This document shows positions 24,868-25,316 of a stretch of DNA of 25,316 nucleotides, piece by piece (positions within the stretch are counted from its first letter, which is position 1; each line of letters begins with the position of its first letter). Source of the stretch: a virus (lineage: Duplodnaviria; Caudoviricetes). The notes under the pieces are model-generated. The model ran no database searches, was not told where the DNA came from, and saw only the letters and a list, made by a program, of their open reading frames with translations. The stretch spans positions 1 through 25,316 of the IMG/VR virus record IMGVR_UViG_3300032320_001311; one strand, given 5' to 3'. The position numbers and the translations under genes were made by a program.

Positions 24868-25316
24868 ATGAAACTAAAAGACATTTTATTAGAAGTAGAA
24901 TCAGACCAGAAAGTAGACGTTGCTGTAGATGCAATCGGTCAAGAGTTAAAAAAATTATCCCTAGGTGTTGAAGATGCCTTAGAAGATGCTGATGCTAATA
25001 AGCAAGAAGCAGTATTAACAACAGCTGGTTTATTACTTGCTCTTCCTACTATGTTAGGTTTAGTTGCTCGTACAGGTAAAGCTATAACAAGTATAGTTCA
25101 AAAAACATTAGGTAAAAAACCACAAGATCAAAGTGGTGCTGAAAAATACTTCCAACAATTAGGTAGAGTAGCTGATGAATTACATCATTTATATATGAAA
25201 CCAATTGAGTTAGTAGTTAGAAAATTTATAAAGGATCCTAAAAAGGCACATGCTGTATCAAGTGGTATATTCCATATTATTGTAGCAGTAATGTGTGTAG
25301 CCTCAGGAGTAGGTGC
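24868..25316 (+). CDS. Hypothetical membrane protein (3'-truncated; missing from the ORF track)
   Basis: ATG at 24868 opens a frame to the window end: MKLKDILLEVESDQKVDVAVDAIGQELKKL...AVLTTAGLLLALPTMLGLVA...SGIFHIIVAVMCVASGVG, with two hydrophobic segments. Confidence 0.8.
   Translation, partial: MKLKDILLEVESDQKVDVAVDAIGQELKKLSLGVEDALEDADANKQEAVLTTAGLLLALPTMLGLVARTGKAITSIVQKTLGKKPQDQSGAEKYFQQLGRVADELHHLYMKPIELVVRKFIKDPKKAHAVSSGIFHIIVAVMCVASGVG

Noticed and set aside
1-25316. Stop-codon reassignment (TAG or TGA recoding)
   Set aside because: Genes are full length and tightly packed under code 11, and TAA, TAG and TGA all end genes at sensible boundaries.
1-25316. tRNA, rRNA, intron or intein
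   Set aside because: The largest intergenic gap is 67 nt with no cloverleaf; no interrupted conserved enzymes or intein motifs recognised.

Overview
A gene-dense, very AT-rich fragment of a large contractile-tailed dsDNA phage (myovirus, jumbo-like), with all credible genes on the + strand in the standard code. Bases 1-14724 are a baseplate/tail module: gp25-like, gp6/baseplate-J-like, a 1909-aa gp7-like wedge protein, tail-collar-fibre-like proteins and a 1026-aa fibre with Ig-like and SprB-type repeats. Bases 14735-16925 encode a GIY-YIG nuclease, a DNA primase and a PD-(D/E)xK nuclease. Bases 16940-18381 are a GT2 glycosyltransferase coupled to a PlcP-type metallophosphoesterase and flanked by an 11-bp direct repeat; this is a candidate phage-borne phospholipid-to-glycolipid remodelling (phosphate-scavenging) module. 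Bases 18449-25316 encode a P-loop kinase, two HAD nucleotidases (one fused to a zincin), small Dps-like, cupin and Cys/Lys-rich proteins, and a holin plus GH19 endolysin. Five proteins in this last block share an MxKLxx(I/L)(I/L)xE-like leader suggestive of capsid targeting and prohead-protease processing. An ATATTTAT motif occupies 8 of the 9 intergenic gaps of 13 nt or more (putative phage late promoter). SprB repeats, lack of Shine-Dalgarno sites and TTTG-N19-TAnnTTG-like promoters point to a Bacteroidota host (inference). All family assignments are from motif recognition by eye; no searches were run.
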